NCBI GenBank assembly: GCA_034780895.1
Contig: JAUZTB010000001.1
Location: 49,589,945 to 49,653,944 of the forward strand
DNA: 64,000 nucleotides
Direction of reading: 5' to 3'
From: Rhynchobatus australiae
Lineage: Eukaryota
A program made the position numbers and the translations under genes. The notes beneath the pieces were generated by a model that saw nothing but the letters and a program-made list of their open reading frames with translations, ran no database searches and was not told the DNA's origin. Below, piece by piece: positions 50,576 to 62,636 of this stretch; the first letter of the stretch is position 1; every line of letters starts with the position of its first letter.

Positions 50576-51870
50576 CTTAAGGGAATGACACCATTTCAGT
50601 ATATTTATAAACAATTCCATACAACCTAATAATCAAAACAATTACCTACTTAAACCTCATCAAATGAAATTTCAAGCATTTTCCCCCAAAGTTGTTCAAC
50701 ATTGGTTTCAATATTTAGAGAAAGGAACAACTGTGATGAAGATCACATTTTGGGAATGTACATATTTACAAAATGTTCTAAACTTTTAATATTAATGTAC
50801 TCTTTGGATAAAGAATGGAAAATTAAGAAAGTACTTATGAGTTATTTTTAACGAGCAACAGAGCATGGTGTCTGTTTTCTGTACTAGTGTTACAAGATAA
50901 ATCTGACATTTTTCATTGTACCATTGATTGGCATAAATCATGCAAGAGCAAAACTTTATGGTATTAATTGTTTTTCAGCTCAGTTACATATTTTAAACCA
51001 TCTCCCGACATAATAGAACAGATGGCTGACAAAGTGGGTAGCATCTCAGGAAAAAAATACATTCTGTACTTGCATCTTTGGGTTTGAAACCGGTCAATGA
51101 GTTGCAAGTACCTGGACCAAAGCTGGTGAAATTTGTGGTGAACCAGCAACCTGAGGCCATAGGAGCAGATTACAAATAAAACTGTTCATGTGTACTAGCT
51201 AGTCATTCTACTTACAATATTATTCCAGACAGAAGAGGACAGAGATCACATAAAAATCTATAAAACACAACCTATGAAAAATAATCACATGTACATCAGT
51301 AACAGACAAGAAATCTGACAAAATAATACAACAAAAGGGAGATGGGTGGGGTTGGAGGGGTGGAAAAAAGACTGGAGAAATAAATGATGAGAATGATAAA
51401 GAAAGAGAGAGGGTTCACATTAAGGATCCTTCACAAGGTTCCTGTTTTCCTCTCATCACATCTTATCCTAAAGATGGCACTGTTGACAATGCAGCACTCC
51501 TTCAGTTGTATGAGAAAAAGTACTCGATTTTTTTTTGTATAACACAAAATGCTGACTCATTGAGATAGACACGACAGTATACAAACATTTGTCTTTACCT
51601 TACTGGTAAAACTCAGGTTAAATATTTAAACATTTCATACAGTAACAAAAATTTTCAATTTTTTTTATTCTTCAAGCATGGTGTAGGAGTGATGTCAAGG
51701 TAAACTAATAGCCATTACATTTGTTCAAATGTAATTCTCATGAGTTCATTCAGATGGCTTAAATTTTGTGCCCCTGTTAAATTCTTAAAAGACAGAACAA
51801 AGTATTTTCTGGTCTGCTACTTAGAGGCAGTAGAGCCAACTTGATAAGATTCAAAAACAAAATAACTTAC

Positions 51871-52016
51871 CAGAAGATTGAAAGGTCTGAAGTTTCCACC
51901 AGCATTTCAACCAAAGAATCTACCATTTTTGTGTGAAAAATAATAGTGTTCATCATCTTTCCTAACTCCTTGTGATCTGATAGATTAAGAGAAGCCTTTG
52001 AAACGCTGGTATAAGC
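51871..52016 (-). CDS. NCKAP1: NCKAP1 exon ~16 (146 nt)
   Basis: ttgcag|GCT TAT ACC...ATC TTC TG|gtaagt; [48 protein letters not shown]. Confidence 0.95.
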
Positions 52017-52554
52017 CTGCAAACAAAACATGCATTTTCTTGATTCAAATATACTGATAGAGAAACAAACTTATGGTNNNNNNNNNNNNNNNNNNNNNNN
52101 NNNNNNNNNNNNNNNNNNNNNNNNNNNNNNNNNNNNNNNNNNNNNNNNNNNNNNNNNNNNNNNNNNNNNNNNNNNNNTAGAGAAACAAACTTATGGTGAA
52201 GATTTCTTTGCTAATTCAACACTCACCCACCCCAGCTTAAACGTATTTGACTTGCAGAAATATGGTTTTCACAAGTTATGTCCAGTTCCAGTGAAGTAGC
52301 TATAAATGCTCCAGCATAAAGAGGGCAATGATTCCTTCTTTTTTTAAAATGTATTAAGATGTTTTATCACCCTAAGAGACATTCCCATAGGTTTCTCACT
52401 GATTCTCATCGTTTTTCCTCCCAAACTGTATTACTCCATACAGCTGTGTCAAATTTCATCTGCCAGGAGTCTGACCATTTTAGAGTCTCTTAACATAATC
52501 CTCAATATAATCCACTGAAGCCCCAAATACTTAAGCAGTCAGTGCTTAAAAAAA

Positions 52555-52730
52555 TCAAAAAAACTAGAGATGCTGGAAATCTGGATTAAAAACAAACTGC
52601 TATAAACACTTAGGTCAAGCAGCATCTGCAAAGAGAGAAACAGTTGACATTTCAGGACAAAAGACCTTAAAACATTCACTTCTCCTCTTCACTTTCTATC
52701 CCTCAGATGATTTTGCCACCCACCTTTTGC
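52555..52730. mobile_element. Inverted Penelope pLTR fragments
   Basis: gatgctggaaatctg...ggtcaagcagcatctg..gagagaaacagttgacatttcagg (minus copy), followed by a degenerate plus copy. Confidence 0.55.
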
Positions 52731-53524
52731 TGCATTAACTCTATAGAATTCCATTATTGGCACTTAAAATGTGACAGGACAGTAAATACCTTTCGCAAGT
52801 TCAAATTCATGGCATTAGCTACACAGCAATTACTTCCAAGAGCCAAATCAAGTGAGGGTGAAATGTTGGCCACGTCCAAGTTTTTTGATTGCTCTGGACT
52901 TACTCCAGCTTATTGGCTAATTGGCCTTAATATCCTAAATGAGCTGCCTTAGGTCACATCTGGAATCTAAGGAAGATCTGTGGCTAACCAGTTAATCAAA
53001 GTACAAAACTTCACAATGCCATAGGCTTATGTTCATTTATATAGTATACAACATTACAAAGCTACAAATTTAAAGCAAGCAAATGAAACATTAAATATAT
53101 AGTTAAAGATCATAACAGTCTTCAAACTGAATATCAGTGGAAAGACACCAATTATTCAACGAGTGTGCCACCCTAAGGAAACCCAGGATATTTACCAACT
53201 TGAAAAGTCATAGAGGCTCCAGAAGTCATGGAGACAATTACTTTGCAAAACTGTAAAATATCCCTAAAAATCCTGCACTCAGGTTTTTAAAATGGCATTC
53301 TAAAGCACAATAGTTACATAACGCATTTAGTGACCATTAAGCAATTTTGCATTTTAATTCACTAAAAAGACTTTCTAAAAATAAAAGTTTGTGATATTTT
53401 AACCCTACCCCCAATTTGTAATACCCAATATTTAGTTTTGTTTTAAAAAGATGGTACCTTTAAGAATACTTTCATGTTACAGGTTGCTCAACCAGCTTGA
53501 TCAAGTGGATTTAAAACTGAAAAT

Positions 53525-53970
53525 ATAAAGTAGGCTATTCTGCACTTCAAACCTGCTCTACCATTCAACAAAATCATGTCCGATTGTCTACCTATCCCCT
53601 TAATGCTTTTAATATCTAGAAATTGGTTGATCTGCTTTGAATGCAATCACTGAGCCTCTACATCCCTCTAGCGGAGAGGGTTGTAAAAATTCACCATCAA
53701 GCGAGTGAAAAAACTCCTTGCCCTAATTTTGAGACTGACCACTCATTCTAGATAACTCAAGTGAGGGGATGACACCCCTCACACACCTACCCTACGTTCT
53801 ACAAAACTCTACAGAAAAGGCCTAACCTACTCAATTTTTTCTTGTATGACAGACCCACCATCCCAGGAATCAGTCTAGTGACTATTATACAGCAAGTTAT
53901 ATCCCTTTTTGGCTAAGGACAACGAAACTGTGTACAATATTTGTCATCATCTAACCAAGCCCTCTTTAGC
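53525..53970 (-). mobile_element. Decayed CR1 LINE 3' fragment
   Basis: aaacctgctctaccattcaa...ctgagcctc.acatccctc..ggagag...cccaccatcccaggaatcagtctagtga. Confidence 0.6.
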
Positions 53971-55162
53971 TGAACTCCTTTTGCCACATTGTTATTGATA
54001 GTTAAGTGAATGGCTGTTAAAGAATCTCTGCATCCTCATCACTCACATCCCCATTTAGTTTTATCATTAATAACCTTGGAAGTGAAAAAAACAATTTGCT
54101 GGAAATCTCAAATATAAACGAAACGCAGAAAACATTCACAATCTGAGATATTTCTTTCCATAGATGCTACTGAACGTTTCCAGCAATTTTTGACCTTTTC
54201 CAGATTTTTTGGTATATTCATGCATTAGGGTTAGGGTTTGAAATTTGACAATAGAGGCAATGGAAAAGGCAAGTTTTACACTACAGAAATCAATCTTTGT
54301 GAGGAGTTTTATTCTGAGATCAGTGCATATTACAAAGTTTGAGCCAACTTGTTGCAAATTCTCAGCAAGAGTGTAGGCTCAGCAAATGGGCATTTTTGAC
54401 AGGTGTGGCAAAAGATCAAACCACCTTTTTTCTGGCACCTATTCATAACAATTTAATCTTTTTTCTTGGTTTCCAGCATTTTAAATTTTTTTTCTTCACA
54501 TTAAACTTATAACAGCTGGGTATGCTCAAAATCACAATTGGTTGCTTTGTTATAATCACATAGAAGTTTTAAGACATACAATAGTGATCACTTAATTATG
54601 TGAGAAAATATCAAATGATATTGCATTTATAGAAAGGAAGAAAACAACTTGAAATATATCCAGTTCAACGGCTTGCAATTTCATAGCACAAACTGTATTT
54701 TGGCAATAATTCAATTTGACATGCACCGAAAGATCTCAAATCATTATCTGATTTGTATTGAATATGATAATTTAACCTTTCTTCAGCGCTTTAAGTGAAA
54801 GCCTACTGGCTTAACTATTCTGTAATGCAGCATTTTAGCCACAAGTATCTTAATAATATAAACAAGGATGAGGCAGATCAGAAAGACCAGCTGATATATC
54901 AAGCAAATCAAATTTTAGTTGTAAACTAAATTCCTAGGCATCAATAGTAAAACATTGCACTTATCCACTAACTGATACATACTTTCTGAACATGCTTAGC
55001 ATGCTTACTATTTCAAGAGCGTCAGCAGCATCTTACTAGCTGTAGAACTTTTAATTGTGTCATACTTTAAAATTCAAGGGGCCTTTAAGTTCAAATCTGA
55101 AATTCATGTGACTAAATTNNNNNNNNNNNNNNNNNNNNCTAATAAAAGCTTCCTGGTCTTAC

Positions 55163-55221
55163 CTGCAGCCTAAACCAATCCAGTCGCATTCCTCTGAAGT
55201 CAAATACTTCTCCATCTTCCA
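55163..55221 (-). CDS. NCKAP1: NCKAP1 exon ~15 (59 nt)
   Basis: ttatag|TG GAA GAT...CTG CAG|gtaaga; [20 protein letters not shown]; the preceding intron is only 129 nt. Confidence 0.94.
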
Positions 55222-55350
55222 CTATAAGTGCAAAGCAAATTTGTGACATTGCAATGAAATGTTCTTTCTTGCAAAGGATAAATTTACTTTTCTTCATAAT
55301 TTAATATTATAGATCATATTTAAGTACATCTTAAGTAATGAATATGTCAC

Positions 55351-55432
55351 CTTGTTTTACACTTAAGGAAGTCATAGTGTTCACAAAGGAAGACATGATG
55401 ATGGATTCATCTTCGGGACACACAGAAAGATT
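55351..55432 (-). CDS. NCKAP1: NCKAP1 exon ~14 (82 nt)
   Basis: ttccag|AAT CTT TCT...AAA CAA G|gtgaca; [27 protein letters not shown]. Confidence 0.94.
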
Positions 55433-58055
55433 CTGGAATAGAAGAATGATATAAAAATTTCAGTAATTCTTGAAATACATCTCCCTAAATTTGAGGTAGA
55501 GACACTTAAGCAGAATCTTGCCTGCAAATGCCAACGGTTCCATAATAAACCGCCAGCGTTAACCCATGTAAATAAGTGAGACTGCAATTTTGGGATGTGC
55601 ATATCTGAGCTTGCTGCAGATTCCTCACAGCATATTTGCCAACATACTTCCCAGTAGACTTTGCATTGAGACACTGGGGATGTGGTTATTGATTTAATGC
55701 AAAATCTGTAAGACCTTTCATTTCAATGTACATTTAAGACTGAAGAGAATAGAATAAAAGGTAAGGTTGATATTATCTCTTATCTGTATTTGCTGTAATG
55801 CCTTTAATTATTTGGAAGTATTTTCAAGTGCTTTAAAATCTAATTATCTAATTTTCAAAATCTGGGACATTCCAAAAGTTTGATGGCTCTGCTGGAGAGT
55901 AATCACTATCAAAATTTCATCAGCTATTTCACTGATGGAACATTTTTATGTTATCATTCCTAATGCCTAATTCTTTTTCCCCCCCAAATTCCAGATTATT
56001 AACTGATTTAAATTTTACATTTACCAGGATGGGGTTTAAACTCCTATCTCTGGATTACCAGTTCAATAACTTAACCGCTCCACTATCAACTAACCATATG
56101 AGAAAGAACCAACCAATTTTACCAGAACATTAACTTTTCTCTTTGCCTCAAATTCTGTTGTGGCTGACCTATAGGAATTAACCAAAGGTAATAACCAATG
56201 CAAGAGTCATCTCACAATTCTCATTAAACAAGTGGTCAATCAAAAAAAGTCCAGTTCAACAGCAACATTTGACTGTTGCAGGATTTGAAGGAATCAATAC
56301 ACTTTTAAATTAAAAGACCCAATGCAAACTGAACAAAATATGGGTATAATAGTCCACAAAACCTACAACCCAATTATTCTACAAAAGTGTAGGTTCACTA
56401 AAAATGAACTGAAGCTATGCATGTGCAAACTTAACCACCATGGGCAGCAATACCATCTAATAGAGATTACCCATTCAGGACTCCCTCAGGAAGTATACGA
56501 GGAACCAGTTAGACATCAGGGTCATATAAAGATGGCAAAAGTGATATTTTACCATTGAAATATTAAATGTTGAGTACATATTACTGTTACAGAATAGATA
56601 AAAAACCAACATGATGCACAAGTTAGCAGAAAACAGACAAATTTGTAAGGTTGGCTATTTTAAAAAGAATTTGCATTACAAACATTTTACAGAGTGCAGA
56701 ATAAAGATGCTAGTACCTTTTTCTGCAAACATACAATTGAATAGACAAGATTCATACTCCACCTACTGGCTATTCAACTACATTGCATGTAAAATTCAGA
56801 AAATATTATCTCAATGGAATAACACCAGCAGCAACAAGATATATCGTTTCCTCCCATATTCTTGTTCTTTTGGTCTGTACTACAATGTGGTTAGATCTAA
56901 AACACAATCAATGTAGTACACTTCACTGCTATCCTACTTGCCCTGAACTTTCAAAAGAAGTGGAATGTGCATAAAGAACAGAAACAATTCATGGTTTCGT
57001 TGGTTTGCATGTGGGAGGGGATTAGAAGAACACGAGAGTTGTAAAAAAAATTGTACACGTGTGATAGAAGTACACGTACACAAGGAAGGTCATGTGGAGA
57101 ACATACAAGAACAGCTCAACCAAGAAAAGTCTGCAGAAAGTTGGTCAAAGTGGTATGGAACACATATTACATGCAAAAATCCAGTGTATCTCTGTCAGTT
57201 TGTCTAGGGCATATAACAGAAAAAGGGGGGGAAAATAAAAGGTGAAGGTACTGAAGTGAAATGGCCATTGGCTCCGAAAGAAACTGCTGGCTTTCACCCA
57301 ATTGTAGGTTTAGTACATCACAGACTTATCCATCTCAACAGGTACTTGTGAACCAGACATGCTCCATATTTGAATTTTTGTTTGTTTGATTGAAAATTCC
57401 TGAGCTGCAGATTGAGGAGGAAAAGTTCAAGTATTTCCATTTTTTTTAAAACTTGCTTTGCTTCATTTAATATTATTTTTTCCATAATTTTAAGTTTTTA
57501 AATGTCTCCAAATATCAGATTGACAAAATGGCCAGACTCCAAGCCCAGCCTCACCTCCTGTCAAAGTCTGTCAGGGCATCCAGAGGTCTGGTCCTCCACA
57601 GTAACCCCAGATGATGCTGGAGCTCCACTTTACCTTTCTACCCGACTCCAGGATCAGAAGGCCCAGTGCGACAGCATCTATGATATCTATAAGGTTAGTA
57701 TGAACTGTGGGTAGGACAGGGATGGTACGTGAAAGAGTACAGACCAACCCAAAGAAAATTGTTCAGACAGCAAGCTGAACTGACTATAATTTAGTCCAGT
57801 AAAGGACAAAGCTCAAAGGAACAATGAAGATCAGCGCACACTAAACTCCTGCATTGAAGCAGAAGTAGATCTCTCACACGCACTTACTGCTGATGACTTT
57901 ACAACTAAGTAATTGTTGGTACAATAATCTGCTTAAGAGGGTTGACTTTTGATTTGTTAAGCATCATTTTCACTCTTAAAATGAACATACCCTCGCTTAA
58001 CTAATTTTCTTTGATGACACTGTTNNNNNNNNNNNNNNNTTTGCAAAAGTCATAC

Positions 58056-58188
58056 CTGCACAAGTTCATTCAGCACCACTGCATCAAAACCAGAGAGATA
58101 CTGGACATAATACCGCTGCATCACCGGTCCATATTTACGCACATGTGCTCTGAGCTCTTCCATGTAATAGATCAGTTCAGCGATGTGT
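58056..58188 (-). CDS. NCKAP1: NCKAP1 exon ~13 (133 nt)
   Basis: tgtag|A CAC ATC...GTG CAG|gtatga; [44 protein letters not shown]. Confidence 0.95.
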
Positions 58189-58559
58189 CTACAGAAAAAA
58201 TGTTTTTTTTGAAAAAATTCCAATGGTTCCCAATTACATAGATTCCAAAGCAGATACAATATAGCAGAAAAATACTACTTTCAAACTAAAAAATCTTTCC
58301 TCTCCTTAGACTTAATAATTATAAAAGTATGAGCACACTAAAAATCAAGGTTCAGCTTGTTTCACTATAACAGGTTTAATCACACAAAATAAAGTGAAAA
58401 TATGCAATGTTTGACGATCCCAAATTACCTTAGTTTGATCAGTTTTAAACCACAAATGTCTCCATTGTCAAGCATTTAGCCATTAACAAGCATAATGGGG
58501 TCATGAAAAAATAGTTACACATACCATTTTTGAATAATAATCCTATTTATTGTGAGGAT

Positions 58560-58930
58560 GGATTTTGCCTTTATGAACCTGAAGAATATTTGTACAGGAT
58601 CAGTAATATGATACCAGGATTCCAAGGATTAAATACCCCAAATTCAGAGAGGCAAGGGAGTGTTTTTTGATGTCAAGTTTCAGAGAATTAAGTGAACAGG
58701 TTGGGCGGTCCAAGGTTAGAAGGCATAATCTAAAAGTTAGAACCAGGTCTTTCAGGAGTCAGTGTAGGAAACACCACTATACGAAAACTGGTAGATATTT
58801 GGAACTCCATTGTGTCATTGGATGCTAAGCATGGACTTCAAACCTAAGAGTTGTGACTGGTAAAGTTTTAAGAGAAATGAGAGGAAAGCAGAAAGGATCT
58901 TAAAAGGATGGTGGAACAGCTTCCAGGAGG
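58560..58930 (+). mobile_element. Decayed CR1 LINE 3' fragment
   Basis: atgataccaggattccaaggattaaa...aggcataatctaaaagttagaaccagg.ctttcagga...tttggaactc. Confidence 0.55.
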
Positions 58931-59119
58931 TCCCTTTTTCCCCCAATTGAAATGGCCCACTCTGTGATCAGAAACTTCAATCTCGTTCCCCTTCCATAAA
59001 CCTCTTTGTTCATATAATTTCCTATCCATAATCAGTCACATCTTGATTTTGCCTCCTCTCCTTCCTTCAATAGCTTTATGGACTTGCCCTGTCCTGGGTC
59101 CAGCACATAGATGCAATCA

Positions 59120-59561
59120 CAAGGAATGACGTGGGTAGTGGACTCAGCCCAATACATCACTAGCACATCCCTCTCCACCATCGGAAGCATCTACACATCA
59201 GGCACTGTCTCAAGAAGGCAACATCAACCATGAAAGATCTCCACCATCTGGCCCATGCAATCTACTCGCAGCTACCATCGGCCAGGAAGTACAGAAGCCT
59301 GAAGTTCCACACCACCAGGTTCAAGCACAGTTACTTCCCCTCAACCATTTGGTTCTTGGACCAACGTGCACAACCCTAACCACTAAGGCCACTTTGCACT
59401 ATAATGGCTTTTTTATGTTCTAATTGTGTTCTTTGTATAATTTATGTTTAATTTGTTTTTCCTGTGTCTCTGATGCTATGTGACTGTGATGCTGCTGCAA
59501 GATTTTCATTGCACCTGTGCATTCATGTACTTGTGCATACGACAATAAATTTGACTTTGAG
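59120..59561 (+). mobile_element. Rex1/Babar-type LINE 3' end
   Basis: VVDSAQYITSTSLSTIGSIY...LPSARKYRSLKFHTTRFKHSYFP plus a tail ending gacaataaatttgactttga. Confidence 0.75.
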
Positions 59562-60332
59562 TTGTTTTTTTTAAATCTTTAACGAGGCTGCCACTGACAA
59601 CTATTTCACATTTTCCACCATGCGCATCCAGCTGCACAGGTTTAATTCCATTTCATATGTCTCAAGACAGAAGGCTCAAGATATTTACAACCAAACTTTT
59701 ATTCCTTTTATGCAAAATCTTCATGGATTCTTTTATGATGTAGGTGTAGGTTCACTTTTCCCAAGACTAAAAGACTACTGCATTGAGCAATTTGCTCACA
59801 GATGTTTTGCCATCTCTCAGCATTTTCACTTCATCACATTAAAAGCTATTCCATCACACTCTTCACTACATGACCATCTACTTCAGATTCTGGCTAGAAA
59901 AAACAAAAAGATCCCTTTACTCAACAATCAACTGCTTGCAGGCTCTCCCTCCACCCCCCTGTCCGCATACTTCCCAGTCACCCTTCATCCTCATCTCAAC
60001 TAGAGCTTGGGCCACACAGATAGTCTTGCTAACACGTATTCCCCTCTTACTTCCCAATTCTCCCCCACTAGTTCTCAGCTGATACTCGCTTCAACCCATC
60101 TTTCTATATTCTCCATTTTATACAATGGATCTAACTCAGATTCCATCAGCCCAACCTTAACATCCTTTCCTTCATGCTGAATGGTTTCTCCTCAGTTGTG
60201 TCCTTTACATCAAACAGGCAGTTCTCACTGATATTAAAAAAATCATTCTTGGACCCCTGAAGACATGACCACCGCAAGAGAAAGTTAGTAATTTTGCTAT
60301 AAATAGAATATAACATTAACACATTTACTTAC

Positions 60333-60442
60333 TTATCTATAAAGTCATCACTGTTTCTTGTTCTTGGAATGTTATCTGCATGACGAAGCAGCCAGATAAT
60401 TTCATCACGTGCAAAAGATAGAGCCATGAAGACAAAGAGTGC
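60333..60442 (-). CDS. NCKAP1: NCKAP1 exon ~12 (110 nt)
   Basis: tgtag|GCA CTC TTT...ATA GAT AA|gtaagt; [36 protein letters not shown]. Confidence 0.95.
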
Positions 60443-60700
60443 CTACAAGGAGAAAACCCAAATTAAAAATCACAACCAGGACAACGTTATGCTTGCATGA
60501 ATTTTAAGCATGTGTACTGTTGAAAGTGACCTGACCAGTTGCATCATGGTCTAGTACGGCAATTCAAATGTGCAGGAACATAAGATGCTGCAGAGAGTAG
60601 NNNNNNNNNNNNNNNNNNNNNNNNNNNNNNNNNNNNNNNNNNNNNNNNNNNNNNNNNNNNNNNNNNNNNNNNNNNNNNNNNNNNNNNNNNNNNNNNNNNN

Positions 60701-61325
60701 CCTGCACTTGAATCCTCTCATTATGGAGACCAATCTACCATTTGCCTTCCTCATCACTTGCTTCACCTGCATGCTTGCATTCATCAGCTGGTGCACAAGG
60801 ATGCCCAGGTCTTGTTGCATCTCCCCTTTTTAATCTATCATTGTTCAGATAATAATCTGCTTTTCTGTTATTGCCACCAAAATAAATAACCTCACATTTA
60901 TCCATAGTATACTGCACATACTATGTATTTGCCATTCACTCAGCCTGTCCAAATCACTCTGGAGCTTTTCTACATCCTCATCATAGGTCACACTTCCATC
61001 CAGCTTTGTGTCATCTGCAAACCTGGAGATATTACATTTAGTTCCCTCATCTAAATTGGTAACATATATTGTGAATAGCTGGGGTGCCAGCATTGATTGC
61101 TATGGTACCCTACTAATCACTGCCTGGCCCTCGGAAAATGACCACTTATTCCAACTCCTTTCTTCCTGTCAGCCAACCAGTATCCATTTACATCCATACC
61201 TTAGCCCCAATCCCATGTGCTTTAACTTTGTATGTGATTCTTTTATATGGGATCTGATTGAAAGCCTTCTAGAAGTCCAAATATACCACCACATCTATTG
61301 GTGTGCTCTCATCTATTCTGTTAGT
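60701..61325 (-). mobile_element. CR1 LINE RT fragment next to a gap
   Basis: LAPQLFTIYVTNLDEGTKCNISRFADDTKL...LQSDLDRLSEW; QDLGILVH. Confidence 0.85.
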
Positions 61326-61589
61326 TACAAAGATTGTATGTAAAATTCAATAATTGAAGTTATACTCAAACAATCATATCGTATTTCTATCTTAATAATG
61401 GCATTCTCTTTTACCTTGACAGTCTTTATGATGTCCTAAAGAATCAATGTCTTAAAGAAAAAAACAGTCAAACTAAAATAAATTCAGTGTTACCTCATAA
61501 AAAAATCTCCACAACATTCTTTTAATTATTTAAAGAATAATTAGTTGGGTTCATCTCAGTCCATCCAAGATAAAAAGGAAGATGACAAC

Positions 61590-61778
61590 TTGAAAAAGGC
61601 ACTAAAATTGACTTTTTTTGTTCTGATTGTGTTCTTTCTTGTTAAAATTGCGTATAATTTATGTCTAATTTATGTTTTTCTTGTGAATGCTGCTTATATG
61701 ATGCTATGTGCCTGTGATGCTGCTGCAAGTTTTTCATTGCACCTGTGCATATGACAATAAACTCAACTTTGACTTTGA
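61590..61778 (+). mobile_element. Rex1-type LINE 3' tail
   Basis: Closely matches 59390-59560: tgatgctatgtgcctgtgatgctgctgcaag.ttttcattgcacctgtgca...gacaataaa. Confidence 0.7.
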
Positions 61779-62539
61779 ACATGGTATAATATTTGCTCAA
61801 ATGTGTTTGCTGTGGAATAACCAAGTGTCCAGTGTTATCTGGGTTGCAAAAAAGTTGCTTGACAGAATCCGGAATCTAACACACTCAAGTTTTACCCCAA
61901 CATGAGACTGCAAAGCCCAAACAAATTTCCATAAGAACCATCCTTCCTTACAAAAAGGGAGATAGAAAAGTCCAAGAGGCTTCACAAATAGAAAAAATTA
62001 ATTTTGTTTGCCCATCATTGGATGATATTGGGATAACAAGAGTTCTGACCACCTCAGGATAAGACCGTTGAGCTCAAAACCTCAATGGGGAATTTTATTA
62101 GGAAATACTGAATTGTACAAGTAAAATAAATAGTGCTAAAAAAAAATTCTAAGCTTTCAAAACACTTAGGCTGTACTAGAGGACTGGCAACTTAATTGTT
62201 TTCAAATGCTTATTTCTGGAATATTATTTTGAGGCATTACATTCTCCAAATCCACTTTAAACATGTTCATTTATATTGGTGGGTGGGAAGCGTAGCGAAT
62301 AAAATTTCTGATAATGATCAGGTATAAGCTTGAGAAACTAAGCTTGAATTGCAAAACACCTTTTCCCAAGTCAGGAAATAAAGTCTAAAACAACTGCATT
62401 TTTATCTTTACTTCCTGTTAATAATACAAAGGGCATCATTCTTTGTTTCAATAGATAGAGAAGATAGTCCAAACATCAGTGTTTTCCAATATGACTTAAA
62501 CTCTACTGGAAGAAAATCTCTTAAATATAAACTCAGTAC

Positions 62540-62636
62540 CTTTGGTCCAAGTAACCCTGGTTGGTCAGCAAGAACAGTGGCAAGCTCTTTTAAGGCAGAC
62601 CTCAAAAACTTGCGTCGCTCTCTATGAAGTGGTCCA
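62540..62636 (-). CDS. NCKAP1: NCKAP1 exon ~11 (97 nt)
   Basis: ttcag|T GGA CCA CTT CAT...CCA AAG|gtactg; [32 protein letters not shown]. Confidence 0.95.

Larger units (their letters stand above)
2662..62636 (-). other. NCKAP1: NCKAP1 gene body, partial (19 internal coding exons, about human exons 11-29; 5' and 3' exons not visible)
   Basis: Joined exons give 2179 nt in one frame, from [32 protein letters not shown] to [37 protein letters not shown]. This is near-identical to human NCKAP1 as recalled and much closer to it than to NCKAP1L. All introns are GT-AG with matching phases. Confidence 0.97.
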
